A DNA stretch of 63,461 bases, counting the filler, from Chiloscyllium plagiosum (lineage: Eukaryota), in NCBI RefSeq assembly GCF_004010195.1. It is 4 parts of one record of this genome, joined end to end, with 100 filler letters (N's around TTAATTAATTAA, not from the genome) between each part and the next. Parts side by side here need not be neighbours in the genome. Positions count along the whole stretch, not along the records: positions 1 to 30,087 come from NC_057711.1; 3 more parts are not named here. One strand, given 5' to 3'. Under the pieces are notes generated by a model, which ran no database searches, had not been told where the DNA came from, and saw only the letters and a list, made by a program, of their open reading frames with translations. Every line of letters starts with the position of its first letter. Position 1 is the stretch's first letter. This document shows positions 11,767 through 25,054 of this stretch, in pieces. The translations under genes and the position numbers were made by a program.

Positions 11767-13488
11767 GATTCAATTGTCATGTAACCCCTACTGCACCATG
11801 TGTCAATGTCCTTTTGAAGTTCTATGTACTGTCCTCCCCACAGTTTACAAATCTCCCTAGTTTTGTGATATTCACAAACTTTGAAATTGTCCCTTGCACA
11901 CCAAGATCTAGATCATTTAAATATATTATAAATATTATTAGTAAATTCACTCTTTTTGTTCATTCAAGAAGGCCTGGTCACATTGTCTCCTTTTAAAACA
12001 TACCTTTGTTCCAAAACCAAATAAGGTTATCATCGAGGAAAGGGGCCTGTTTAAATGAATATTTTTGCAATCGACTGAGGGGGTGAGTGGATGAAGAAAG
12101 AAGGGGAGTTGGTTCATCGCTTCTCACCCAAGAGCTTAACAGTTTAGGATATGTCTTCTGGAACTCACCTGGAATTTCATCATAACACTATCTCGAAGCA
12201 TTGCTCCATTTCTCTATCATTTTTCAAGCCAAGTGCCACTCTTACTGCTGCTAGAGCCCCTGTTACTGCTGCATGATGCACTTGAGCTGTGTGAAACCAC
12301 AATAGTGTTCTTTTGAAGTGCTTGGATACACACAGGGATCACAGCTTCCTGTGGCAGGTCAATAATGAACACTGAGCATGCTGCATGTGCAGCAGTGCAG
12401 AGTGCTGGCTGCCTCTCGTGAATCACTATATATCTATTCTACCGAATCTTGTGTTTAAAAAACATTGTCAGAAATGCTAGTGACAGTGAGTATGACATAA
12501 TTCAAGAAGGAATCAGATGAAAATTTTAAACGAAGTCTATTAAAATGAAATGAACAAAAAGCCAATAAAGTGATTAGAGTAAGCATCTCTGTTTGAAGAG
12601 TTGACCATGGCACTTGCATAGTTTTCTGTGGTTTTTAAATTTGATATGTTGTCAGTATTTTCATATTCAAACGTAAATCTTTTGAAGCATTTGCCCTGGC
12701 TAATTCAATACTACATCTAAACTGCAGGCCAAAATACTAAAACTCTATCCTCACACAATAAGCCAAACAATGAAAAACAAAATAAACCTTTCCTTGAATT
12801 AATCATCATAAACTGTGTTTAATTGGCACATGGGATATAGCATAGTTTTTGCTGTGTAAGCCATGTCTAACTAAATAAGTTGTTTTTTTGAGGAAATCAC
12901 TAAGATGGTGGATAGGGAATTGTCTATAGAATATTGTACATATCAACTTCCAAAGGATAATTGATAATGTTCTGCACAGGAGATTTAAGATCATTACTTG
13001 CCAAGAAACACTTTGATTGGTTTGGATTGAATCTTGTGTGAATGTACAAAGTGATAATAGTAATTAATGGGATGAATCGTCAAGTTTTTTTTCTTTACTT
13101 GATATGAATTTTGTTTCCATGTTGAGCAGAGAATACATGTGCCTCAACCTACATCATCTCAGGGCAAAAAAGTATAAAGCTCTTACTGTAATAATTTGTC
13201 AAACTTTGAATCAATTAGGTCATTGGTGAGAAAGAACAGAAATTTTAGTTATATCAGCCCAAAAGTATTTGCGAGCCATCTGGTACCATAAAGAGATTCA
13301 GAGGAGCCAAATTAGCCACACCTTTATAGCTTGTGAATATAATTGTAAATCAAGGCTATTAAAAATGCAGAGGAACAATTACAGTGTAATGAAATGAATG
13401 TATTTTATGTTAGTGTGGAAAAAAGCCAATGTTACACTTTTCACAAGTGTAACATGGGCTCTGTTCCACATTGACATAAAATATTTAT

Positions 13489-13673
13489 AGGTAAAAACAA
13501 TGACTGCAGATGCTGGAAACCAGATTCTGGATTAGTGGTGCTGGAAGAGCACAGCAGTTCAGGGTGCATCTGAGGAACAGTAAAATCGACGTGCAGGGGC
13601 TTTGCCCGCAACGTCGATTTTACTGTTCCTCGGATGCTGCCTGAACTGCTGTGCTCTTCCAGCACCACTAATC
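13489..13673. mobile_element. Fold-back pair of PLE termini with a 14-bp TSD
   Basis: A minus copy is followed by a plus copy of the family A terminus. cataaaatatttat occurs at 13475-13488 and 13674-13687. Confidence 0.85.
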
Positions 13674-13972
13674 CATAAAATATTTATGCAAATCCTTCCT
13701 GCTGATTTGAAATTAAGCCACACCAGATTTCTTTTATTCATTTATGGGATATTAGCATTCCTACAAATACCAGTGAAATAATTCTGTGGAGGCCGGTATC
13801 CTGTCACCAAGTCATCCTTTATTTACATGTGCACAGTACATGGACTCTGACCAGCTGGCTCAGAGCCCGCCCCGAGAGTGAGGAGAATCCCTGAGATTCC
13901 TGTTTGTATCAGTCAGCCAGGACTCCCAGATTGAGACTATTAACCTATGCCAATCAGAGAACTCATAATCAA

Positions 13973-15745
13973 TAGAATCATGAGATGTACAGCATGGAAA
14001 CGGATCCTTCGATCCAACCTGTCCATGCCGACCAGATATCCCAACCAAATCTAGACCCACCTGCCAGCACCCAGCCCATATCTCTCCAAACCCTTCCTAT
14101 TCATATACCTATCAAAATGCTTCTTAAATGTTGCAATTGTACCAGCCTCCACCACTTCCCCTGGCAGCTCATTCCATACGCGTACCACCCTCTGCGTGAA
14201 AACGTTCCCCCTTAGGTCTCTTTTATATCTTTCCCCTCTCACCCTAAACCTATGCCCTCTAGTTCGGGACTCCCCCACCCCAGGGAAAAGGCTTTGTCTA
14301 CTTACCCTATCCATACCCCTCATAATTTTGTAAACCTCTGTAAGGTCACCCCTCAGACTCCGACGCTCCAGGGAAAACAGCCCCAGCCTGTTCAGCCTCT
14401 TCCTATATCTTAAATCCTCCAACTCTCGCAACATCCTTGTAAATCTTTTCTGAACCTTTTCAAGTTTCACAACATCTTTCCGATAGGAAGGAGACCAGAA
14501 TTGAACGCAATATTCCAACAGTGGCCGAACCAATATCCTGTACAGCCGCAAAATGACCTCCCAACTCCTGTACTCAATACTCTGACCAATAAAGGAAAGC
14601 ATACCAAATGCCTTCTTCATTATCCTATCTGTTTGTGACTCCACTTTCAAGGAGCTATGAACCTGTACTCCAAGGTCTCTTTGTTCAGCAACACTCCCTA
14701 GGACCTTACCATTAAATGTATAAGTCCTGCTAAGATTTGCTTTCCCAAAATGCAGCACCTCACATATATCTGAATTAAACTCCCTCTGCCACGTCTCAGC
14801 CCATTGGCCAATCTGATCAAGATCCTGTTGTAATTTGAGGTAACTTTCTTCACTGTCCACTGCACCTCCAATTTTGGTGTCATCTGCAAACTTACTAATT
14901 ATACCTCTTATGCTCACATTCAAATCATTAATATAAATGGCGAGATGTATAAGACTCAGCACCGATCCTTGTGGCACTCCACTGGTCACAGGCCGCCAGT
15001 CTGAAAAACAACCCTCCACCACCACCCTCTGTCTTCTACCTTGACCTGGTTCTGTATCCAAATGGTTAGTTCTCCCTGTATTCCGTGAGCTCTAACCTTG
15101 CTCACCAGTCACCCATGGGGAACCTTGTCGAACACCTTACTGAAGTCCATATAGATCATGTCCACTGCTCTGCCCTCATCAAACCTCTTTGTTACTTCTT
15201 CAAAAACTCTATCAAGTTTGTGAGACATGATTTCCCACGCACAAAGCCATGTTGACTATCCCTAATCAGTCCTTGCCTTTCCAAATACATGTACATCCTG
15301 TCCCTCAGGATTCCCTCCAACAACTTGCCCACCACCGACATCAGGCTCACTGGTCTGTAGTTCCCTAGCTTGTCTTTACCACCCTTCTTGAACAGTGGCA
15401 CTGCATTTGCCAACCTCCAGTCTTCCAGCACCTCACATGTGACTATCAATGATCCAAATACGTCATCAAGAGGCCAGCAATCACTTCTCTAGCTTCCCAC
15501 AGAGGTCTAGGGTACACTTGATCAGGTCCTGGGGATTTATCCACTTTTATGCATTACAAGACATCCAACACATTCTCCTCTGTAATATGGACATTTTTCA
15601 AGATGTCACCATCTATTTCCCTACATCGTATATCTTCAATGTCCTTTCCCACAGTAAATACTGATGCAAAACACTCGTTTAGTATCTCCCCCATTTTCTG
15701 TGGCTCCTCACAAAGGCCACCTTGCTGATGCCTTAGGTTCAACAT
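13973..15745 (-). mobile_element. CR1 LINE 3' ~1.8 kb (RT), relatively young
   Basis: ORFs with GNYRPVSL, SQHGF, SGVPQGSVL, KFADDTK and LEYCVQFWSP. Inserted into the Gypsy LTR. Confidence 0.93.
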
Positions 15746-15879
15746 TTCGCAAACTGTTATGGTTTGTTGAGTCTTTCACTTTCCGGCCTCCTAATTTCTG
15801 CCTGTACTTTTGCACATAAGGTAAATGGCACTGGGAAGGCCTTGCAGAATCGTACAGTTGTTTCCTGATCAACAAGTTT

Positions 15880-16577
15880 AATCTAGATAAATGTGAGGTG
15901 CTGCAGTTTGGTGGGGCAAATCAGGGCAGGATTTACATGTTTAATGGTAAGGACCTGTGGACTGTTGCCGAACAAAGAGACCTTGGATTGCAGGTTCATA
16001 TTTCCTTCAAGGTGGAGCCACAGGTAGACAGGATAGTGAAGAAGGCATTTGGTATGTTTGCCTTTATTGCTCAGTGCATTGAATTCATGTTGCCGTTTGG
16101 CTAGGCCACGTTTGGAATACTGCATTCAATTCTGGTCTCCCGGCCATAGGGAAGACATTTTTAAACTTGAAAGGGTTCAGAAAAGATTGCCTGGGATGGA
16201 GGGTTTGAGCTATAGGAAGAGGCTTTATAGGCTGAAGGGTGTCCTTATAAACGTTTATAAAATCATGCGGAACACAGATAGGGTGAGGATAGGAGTCCAA
16301 AACTAGAGGGTTTAAGGTGAGAGGGGAAAGATTTAAAAGGGACCTGAGGGGCAACTTTTTCACACATATGGTACGAAATGAGCTGCCAGAGGATGTGGCG
16401 GACGCTGGTCCAATTACAACATTTAGAAGACATCTGATGGGTATATGAATAGGAAGGTTTAGAGGAACATGGGTCAAATGCTGGTAAATGGGACTAGATT
16501 AATTTAGGCTATCTGGTCAGCATGGACAAGTTGGACCAAAGGTCTGTTTCCATGCTGTACATCTCTATGACTCTATG
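15880..16577 (+). mobile_element. CR1 LINE 3' fragment
   Basis: AEQRDLG and LEYCIQFWSP; tail ctctatgactctatg. Confidence 0.88.
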
Positions 16578-18504
16578 TAAGGTGGACTTGACACCTTTGC
16601 TCATTCCTAGACCTTCCTGAAAACTGTCCAGGTATTTACTTAGGACTTCACTCAGGCAACCATTTTCCAGTGGAAAAATATTGAGCCAGTCAAAGTGAAT
16701 CATTCTTAACCAATTCTGTCCCATCAAGTTTGAGCCTGAGCCTTTCACTATGATCAGTGGGAACTGCATTTGTTGCTTCTCATAAGAGACTGGAACTGAA
16801 GTTGTGCCCTTAATCTGTAATAGTTTCCCAGTATAGATTCTCAGTCTGCCTGAGGTCTTGCGCAAACCTAAGGATTGGATTACAAAGCAAATCTTGTTAA
16901 AGAGTGGTTCTGCAATCACTGATACAACTTCATCAGTATCGACTTCCATCAATATCGGGTAACCATTTAACCAGACATTTATTTTGATTGGTGCTGATTT
17001 GGATGTTGTTAAGCAATGTAACTGTTCCAAACCAGGTTTTCCAGGGTATACAGTCTCCTGGATACTAGTCTTTGATTTCACTTGCTCAAGTCAGGCCTCT
17101 TAGGACTCCTTTGCTACCGGCAGCAACTACAATGGCTTGCTGGCCCTAATCTTGAAAATCATTTTAGCCACTTGGCTCAGTTTTGTTTTGGGGTTTTGCT
17201 CTGGGCTGACCTCGGGCCCATGAGCTCAGGGTATGTCCTGTGTGAGGCTATGTAATAGCCTGCACTCAAGAGGTGTTCCCCAAGCTCAGTTGGACAAGTG
17301 AGGCTGTCCACTTCCATCGGATACCCTACAGCTCACATGCTTCACTTGCTGCATTTTTGAATGTCGAAGCCAGTTGTCGTGCCTATTGAAGTCCAGTTGG
17401 GCTTCAGCTAGTAGGCACTTTTGCATGGTTACATTGTTAATCCCACATACCAAACAGTCTCTCAGCGTCTCAATCAGAGTTAACCCAAAATCGCATGCCT
17501 GTGGCAGTCAACTTAACCTTGTCAAAATTCCTGATACAGATTTCCCTAGTTCTTGAACTGCTAAATAAAACCAATATTGTCTCAGAATTAAAGGGGGCTG
17601 AGGGTGGCAATATTCCTTAACTAAATAGTTTAACTGTTGAATTGTATTGATATCTCATACCTCAGGGAAAGTTAGGCTCCTAATAACCAAAAATGCTATA
17701 CAATATCCTTTCATTGCCACATACTCCATTTTATAATGTCTAGATTCTTATCGTGACAAATTAGGTACAAGGACCTAGATATAAATCTTGGATACAGCAG
17801 AGGAATAAAAGTAGTTGTATTACTTAGAGAGTTGAAAAGTAATGCAAAAATAGGACATCATTGAAGGGTTGACATTACAGTAAAGTAGGAAATTTCAAAT
17901 AGACATTACAGTGTAGCAGCTCAGCGCAGGTCCTCTGCACTTGGTCTGACCGCCCACACCAGACCCCAGTCCATTAGCCATCCCTGCTCTGCTCCAAGCC
18001 AGAGACCACTCTGTACCAGCACTCAGCTGCTCCAAGATAAGTTTGCAAACCGTCAAAAGAAAAGCGCATTGCTTTTCAACTGTCCCAATATCATTTGCAT
18101 GGAATAAATAATGGCTTCCATTTACTGGGCCAGTCTTCAATGGCAGGATTGAACAATTCAAACTTTTCAAATAAAGGCATGATGCCAGAAATGCTTAACT
18201 CAACTCGAAGATGACTGTTGTGAGCAGGTTTTCTTTAGGAGTGTACTGTTTTCTCTCATCGCCACTGAAATACTTCCACAGAGGCTGGTATTCCTTCACC
18301 AAGTCACTCTTTATTTACACGTGCACAATGCATGAACTCTGACCTGCTAGGTCAGAGCCAGTCTCTCGAGTGAGGAGAATCCCTGACCCTCCTGTTTATA
18401 TCTGTCAGCCAGGGCTCCCTGATTGACCCAGATTTATAGCGCAATCAGGGAACTCATAGTCAATGCGATCCACCTAGCCAACCTCGTTCTAATCACTACA
18501 ACGA

Positions 18505-18795
18505 GCATTTGTTGTCTGTCTCAAATTACTCTTGAACTGAATGGCTTGATGGGCCATTTCAGAAGGCAGTTAAGGGTCAACTACATTGCTGTTGGTCTGG
18601 AGATGCATATCGACCAGACCAAGTAAGGATAGCTCATGTCCTTCCTGGAGCAGATTCTTAAAAATTAACAAATGTATTAATTGAACTCAAATTCCCCCAA
18701 CTGCTGAGATGAGCTTTGAACTCATGTCTTTAGGGAATTAGCCTGGGCCTCTGGATTATGGGTTCACAGACAGCGCAATATGCTTCTATTTCCCA
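18505..18795 (-). mobile_element. Decayed head+tail SINE of the tRNA-headed LINE family
   Basis: ggccatttcagaaggcagttaagggtcaactacattgctg...ccagaccaagtaaggat matches 1930-2010. Confidence 0.65.
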
Positions 18796-19659
18796 CAGTG
18801 GGCCACTTTTAAGGTAAATTATTTTGACCTGAATTTTTGCTTCTAAGTGCGGACTCAGCAGAAAGTGCCCCAGAATTTCTAATTTTCAGTCCAGGACAGC
18901 TGGATTTCAAGGGAAAGCTGCCAGGCAATCCCAGAAACAGTGTGGAGATTGCCAGGTGCAGTTGCTGGCTAGGTAGGAGATCTGCCTTAGTGCACTGGCA
19001 AGTTGTTGAAGGAATGACAAAAAAAATTAAGCAATACTCAGCCCTCCAATCTAAATATCTCGCAACCTATTACAACCTGCAATATTCCCTAATTCCATCC
19101 ATTCAAACATGTCAAGTCTCCAAACTACCCCCATAGCACTTTCTCCATGGCAACTCATGACATTCACATTTGACCATATCGCTGACTTCCTGAAACACCC
19201 TGCTGTGTATCCAGTGTAGAATTTGATTATCCTATTGAAGATAGTTTTGAAGAGTCTCAGTATTATGTTTACTGAGCAAACCAAGACATTTCCACTCTAA
19301 TTGGCAAAAACTAATTTAACTGTCATAATCCCTTACAAAAAAAACAACCAGTGGAATTCACTGTCCCAGTTCAAGGTGTGAATAATCCACCTGCAGTTAT
19401 TGGTCAAGCTGTGAATTTACAGGCAACCCAGTGATTTAGTGAAAGGCTGTGAAATCAGACATGCAACAATAATCCTGTAACCTTCAGAATGATAGCAACA
19501 AATAGGCTGAAATAGCAAGAACTGTTTTTTAAACTCTTTTCTTACAAACATTGAAAGGTCATTGAGTTTTAAATGCCTTGACATTTGATAGCTCTGTTGA
19601 TAGTTCCTTTTGACACTCTTGAAAATTCCAATGAGCTTAAAATTTAATGAGCCATTTTA

Positions 19660-22190
19660 TTTTTTAACTCAATCATAGCATTATTGGCTCAACCGATTTA
19701 TTGCACATGCCTTATTGCCTTGAGAGGTAGTAATGAACTGTATTCTTCACCCATTGCAACTCATATGGTGTGGATGCATGAACAATGTTGTTAGGGAATG
19801 AGTTCTGCATTTTGACTCATCCACAATGAAGGAATGGCATCATAGTTCAATGAGAATTTGCAGATGGTGGCATTTCAATGTACCTGCTGCCATTGTCCTT
19901 CTGGATGGTAGATGTTGAGGGTTTGGAGGATGCTGTCAAAGAAATTTCGATAAGTTGCTGTCACTGTACATCTGTGGTGGAGAAAGTGAATGGTGAGTGT
20001 GTTATTTAGTGTCCCAATTAAGGACTGCTTTACTTTGGATGGTGTCAAGCATCTTGATACTCAGCACTCATTAAGCCCTCATAAATGAATTCTAACAGAC
20101 TCCTGACTTTGGATAGTGGACATAGACTTTGAAGAGTCAAGAGGTAATTTATCTCATGTAGAATTCCTAGGCTTGCACTTTGTCTTGTAGCTATAGGGCT
20201 AGTCCAGTTAGATTTCTGGTAAATGCTAACCCCCAGGATATTGTTAATGAGGCATTCACTAATTGTAATTCCATTGAATGTTGATGGCTGATGGTTGGAC
20301 TTGCTCCTATTGGAGATGGTAATTTCCTGGTACTTCCATGGCACGAAGGTTACTTGCCACATTAGTCCAAGGTTAAATGTTGTTCAGGTCTTGTTGCATT
20401 TGGATATGGGCTACTTACATATTTGAGGAGTTATGATCGCTGCTATACATTGTGTAATTATCAGTCAACATTCCCATTTCTGACCCTGTGATGGAAGGAA
20501 GATGATTTATGAAGTTACTAATTGGACCTAAGATACAACTGTGGGAAGTTGATGCATTGACGTCCTGTGGTTGAGATGATTGACCTTCAATAACCAGAAC
20601 CATTTTTGTGCTCAGTATGATTCCAACCAGCAAAGAGTTTGCCTTTAATTCTCATTGAGTCCAGTTTTGCTAGGATTCATTGATGTCAAATTCGATCAAA
20701 TGCTCTTTTGATGGCAAGGGCAGTTCCCCTTACTTCTCCTTTTAAAGTTAGCTCTTTTGTTCATTTTTAGACTCATGAGGTTAGAACTGAGTGGGCCTGG
20801 TCACCCAAACTGATATCAGTGACAAAGTTATTGTTGATTAAATGCCATTTGACAATGAGGATTTGATGGCCCAGTGATAATATCACTGGACCAATAACAA
20901 AAAGGCATAGACTAATATCCTGACCGAATCCAATCATAGCAGCTAGTGGAATTTAAACATACAGCTTCCCTCAGAAATGGTGAACATGAAACTATCATTT
21001 GTTATTGTTGAAAATCCATCTGGTCAACTAATGTCCTGTTAGAAACAAATTCTGCCATCCTTACCTAGTCTGGCATTATGTGACTTCAGAGACATCGCAA
21101 ATGTCATTGACTCTTAGATGCCCTCTGAAAAGATCTAATGAGCTATTCAATTCAAAGGCAATCATGGATGGCCTTGCACTTATCCCATGAAAGAAAAACT
21201 TTAAAAAGATCTTACATGACTTTGCTGATGATTGAGAATAGACTAATGGAGTGGTAAATGTCTAGGTTAGACTTTTTCTGCTTTTTGTGCATAAGCCGTA
21301 CTTGTACAATTTTCCATGCTGTCAGAAAGAAGCTGTGTTGTAATTCTACTAGACCAGCTTGTCTACAGACACAGTTAGTTCTGGAGGACAAGTCTTCAAT
21401 ACTACTGCCAACATGTTGTCAAGGCCCATTGCCTTTACAGTATCTAACGCCTTCAGCTATTTCCTCATGACATTTGGAGGGAAGCAAATTTGCTGAAGAC
21501 AGGTATCTCTGATGCTGGCGACTTCTGAAGTGCTTAGATGTGCTATCCACTTAGTACTTAGATTGTTGGAAATGCTTCAGCCTTGTGCTTTACGCTGATG
21601 TGCTGGGGGCCCCCATCATTGAGGATAATACTAATTATACAGCTTCCTTTTCTACTGAATTGTTTAATTGCCCACCACTGCTGAAGGCTAGGTGTGATAG
21701 GACTGCAGAAATTAGATCTGATCCCCACTGAGGTTAGGAACTGAGTGGGCCTGGCGCACCCAAAGTAATATCAGTAAAAAGGTTATTGTTGAGTAAGTGC
21801 CATTTGACAGTTGTGGAATCACTTAACTTTATAAATCATTTGCGGCTAATGCTGTTTGGCACGCAGATAATCCTGTGCTGTACCTTCACCAATTGACATC
21901 TCATTTGTAGATATGCCTGCTGCTGCTTTTGGCATATCCTTCTTCATTCATTGTTGAGCCAAATTTGATCCCCTTGCTTGGTAGTGATGGTAGAGTGGGA
22001 GATATACCAGGCCATGAGGTTTGCTATTTTCTAATTTACCTGTTCAGAATGTTACGATACAACTCTAGAGCAGTGAGACTTGAACGTGGACCTTCTGTTC
22101 AGAAGGAGGGGCACTGCCAGTACATAAGGGTCCAGCAGGTCATGAGGTTACAGATTGTGGTTGAATACAGTTGTCTTGCTGCAACCATTG
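19660..22190 (-). mobile_element. Decayed long copy of the tRNA-headed LINE family (RT to 3' tail), interrupted by a SINE
   Basis: ORF 20045-20362 WQVTFVPWKYQ...ILGVSIYQKSNWT. 21240-22190 parallels 320-1050. Confidence 0.7.
20858..21200 (+). mobile_element. Head+tail SINE of the tRNA-headed LINE family
   Basis: A box tggcccagtgataa; core tctgccatccttacctagtctggc; tail aaggcaatcatggatgg. Confidence 0.65.
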
Positions 22191-22554
22191 GCAAAAATGA
22201 TTTGCGATGCATTCGGTATGGGACTTCCAGATGTAAGCTTCCTTTGCCATTTTTCCAAACAATGGAGTCACTCTTCACCTTTAGAAAATTTCACATCTTT
22301 GTCTCTGCCTTGAAGACTGTGTTTAAGCAACAATGTAAATACAGCATGGAAACATTCACATTTTTCAATTGGAAATTGAATGCAATCAATCTCCCAGTGG
22401 AGAAAAAAATCATTATTCATTACATTGAGTGTGAATGTGGTATTGAATACAACCCCAATTTGTAAAAGTTATTTGTTAGACACATTTGCATTGCTTTGAA
22501 TCGATTAATTGTTTAAATTACTTTTCTTTAATTCTGAGAACTCATATTCCATAG

Positions 22555-22610
22555 GTTATTCCAAGTTCAAACAGAATGCAACTAATCTGTGATGCATTTG
22601 ACCTAGAAAA
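22555..22610 (+). CDS. LVRN: Internal coding exon (56 bp) of the M1 aminopeptidase
   Basis: Acceptor ccatag and donor gtgagt. Encodes VIPSSNRMQLICDAFDLE(K), compared with the M1 motif IPxxxRxQLIDDAFxL. A 56-bp exon is typical of this position in ANPEP/LVRN (recalled). Confidence 0.9.
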
Positions 22611-23670
22611 GTGAGTACTGCATCAAAATAGAAATACTAAAGAAAATTATTTATTAACTCCTTTTATAAATATGCACACGTGTTAACATTGTACATATTA
22701 TTTAAAGATTTTTTACAGTTACAAGTGAAGCATTATCATCTGAGTTTCAGGAAAAAATCTATCCTATCTGTAGAAACAAAAGTTGAGAATTGCTAGAGGG
22801 TTTAGGACAACAAGAAAAACTGTGAATGTTATCAGCTAAAAAATATATGATGTATTTTCTGATCCTTGACAATTATTTGTGATTTTTCTGTTTTTAATGT
22901 CCTTGGAATGTCACATTTTGACCACTGATGGAAGATATTGACCAATATTGATAGGAAGATAGTGTTGTCCTACTTGAAATGTTCTTCCACATAAGCTGAA
23001 TTGTTAATATTTGTCAAAATAAAATTAGAATCCCTTTCATTTTACTTTTCATTTTATCAATTGAATCGGAGCAGGTTGGTTCCAATTTTAAGTCAGGTAA
23101 GCTCAATCAATGCCAGGGGCCTGGGTGAACAAAAAGATTGCATGTTTACACCCCAAACTCCCAGCCCTTATTTTAATATCCCAGCCCCAATGATCATCCA
23201 ATTCTGTGGAGCTTAGGCTTAACTGGATCTTTACTCTAACAATAGTTACTCAGTAATTGTGTAGGGTTCCAGACCTGAGCTCTCTTACCACTATCTGTTT
23301 GTGTGTATACCAATGAAACAAAGGTTGTTGGTATTTACTGACATGGATGCAGCCTTCCTTTCATCAACAACCCTGACATAATCTTACTACATAATGATGA
23401 ATGGTTCCAACCCACGCAGAACCAGAGGCAAGTGGATGGTTTTCTTTTATTCATTTATTGGTGTGACTAGTCATGAAAGATAATCTAATTGCTTACAATG
23501 CGTCTGATATTGCAATTGTTTATATTATTTGTCTTAATCGTCCATATGACTCTTTGGAGTGGATACCTAAAACTTTTGACATCTTTGAAATTGAAGGATC
23601 TTCTGTCATTTGTCTCTTAGCATGCATGGATCTACACCTCATTATGATCCACACAATGATAAATCTGTTG

Positions 23671-24025
23671 TTTTTTATTTTCATTCTCAGGATGAGGGTG
23701 TCACTGTTGAGACCAGCATTTATTGCCTAATTGCCCAGAGGGCAGTTGAGAATCAACCACATTGCTGTGGGCCTGGAGTCACATGTTAGCCAGACCAGAT
23801 AAGGATGGCAATTTCCTTCCCTAAAGGACATTAGTGAAACAGATGGGTTTACACAACAACCAACAATGGATTCATGGTCATCATTAGACCCTTAATTCCA
23901 GATTTCTTTTACTGAATTCAAGTTCCAACATCTGCTATGGCAGGATTTGAACCCAGGTCCCCAGAACATTAACTGGGTCTCTGGATTAACAGTCCAGCAA
24001 TAATACCATTGGCCATTGCCTCCCC
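23671..24025 (-). mobile_element. Head+tail SINE of the tRNA-headed LINE family (best-preserved copy)
   Basis: Reverse complement: ggggaggcaatggccaatggta...gggttcaaatcc...ccctctg|ggcaattaggcaataaatgctgg...aatgaaaataaaaaa. Confidence 0.8.
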
Positions 24026-25054
24026 CAGTTGCAACAGGAAACAAGATTCTATCTATTTCTGTCTTTAAGATATTCAAGAACTCTCTTCCTATCACCTTTC
24101 AGAGAGTTCCCAAAAATCATGACTCTCAGAGAAAATATGCTCTTCAGAGGGTTGATGTGGACTCAATGGGCCAAATGTCCTGCTTCCACACTGTAGGGAT
24201 TCTATATATGATTGAGAAAGCAAAAATAAATTCCACCAATCCTGTCAAGGTTCTTGAGAAATTGTTACAGAAAGAGATGCTCTGGTGGTGGAAGAAACTC
24301 TCTTTTACTCAAATATTCAGGCCTTGAAGATATCTGTGAAGTACTAGTTGAGAAAAATAGTCTGCTTGAATCAACGAGTGGTGATCTTCATCTGAAAAAA
24401 AGTTGAGAAGGAGAATATCGATGCTAGGGTTCATTTGATGAAGATTGCCTTTGAAAAGCAAACGTTTGTTAATTGCAGTGATCAACCTCAAAATGATTAT
24501 GGTCTTTTGAAGGAGGAATTGGAAAAACAATAAAAGGAATTCAAAACATAAGTCTTCAACATTTAGCCAGTCCAAACTTCAAATAAGATTAAAACAGGTA
24601 GGCAGGTGACAGACTCTGAATATCCTGCTATTGATCAGCATTCTGTCAAATTTGCAGACCATTCATATATATGAAATTTACAGGAAATTCATATACATCC
24701 TGGTCCAAAAGTTTATACCATTGAAGGTGATGGTGCACTCCTATGTTTTGAAAGATTTCTCAAGATGTCTTACACAGAAAAAACATTGAGCTAAAGCAAG
24801 TGTGGAGATGATGTCACAACCTATGAAGAGAGAAATTCCTACTCTAGGAGTAGTAGGAACATAATCATTTCTATGTCTCCAGAATTGTCTTCAGAATGCT
24901 CTTTGTTGTTCTTTTGTCAACCAATTTCACCCTTGGAGATGGTAGTGAATGGTTCTTTCATTGCCACAGCAGCAGTGATGACATAGCTATGGAACTGTTC
25001 ATGTAAGTAGGAAGTATTGCGCTTTTTTCAGTTGATGCTTTAACATTTCCCAAG

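Larger units (their letters stand above)
10575..11930 (-). mobile_element. Old CR1 LINE interrupted by a SINE and a PLE terminus
   Basis: Minus-strand IEYESREVMMNLYKTLVR (ORF 11393-11575); CR1 3' region at 10575-11060. Confidence 0.7.
13774..18500 (-). mobile_element. Decayed Gypsy LTR retrotransposon (LTRs 18266-18500 and 13774-13972) invaded by CR1s
   Basis: Two homologous LTRs; the intact one has TG...CA ends on the minus strand. PBS-like tggcgatgag follows the 5' LTR. Protease ORF 16509-17081 (MEVDTDEVVSVI...NLMGQNWL). Flanks accag/acgag form an imperfect 5-bp TSD. Confidence 0.75.

Noticed and set aside
14051..15061. 336-aa ORF as a host gene
   Set aside because: It is the CR1 reverse transcriptase C-terminus of a 5'-truncated, frameshifted copy.
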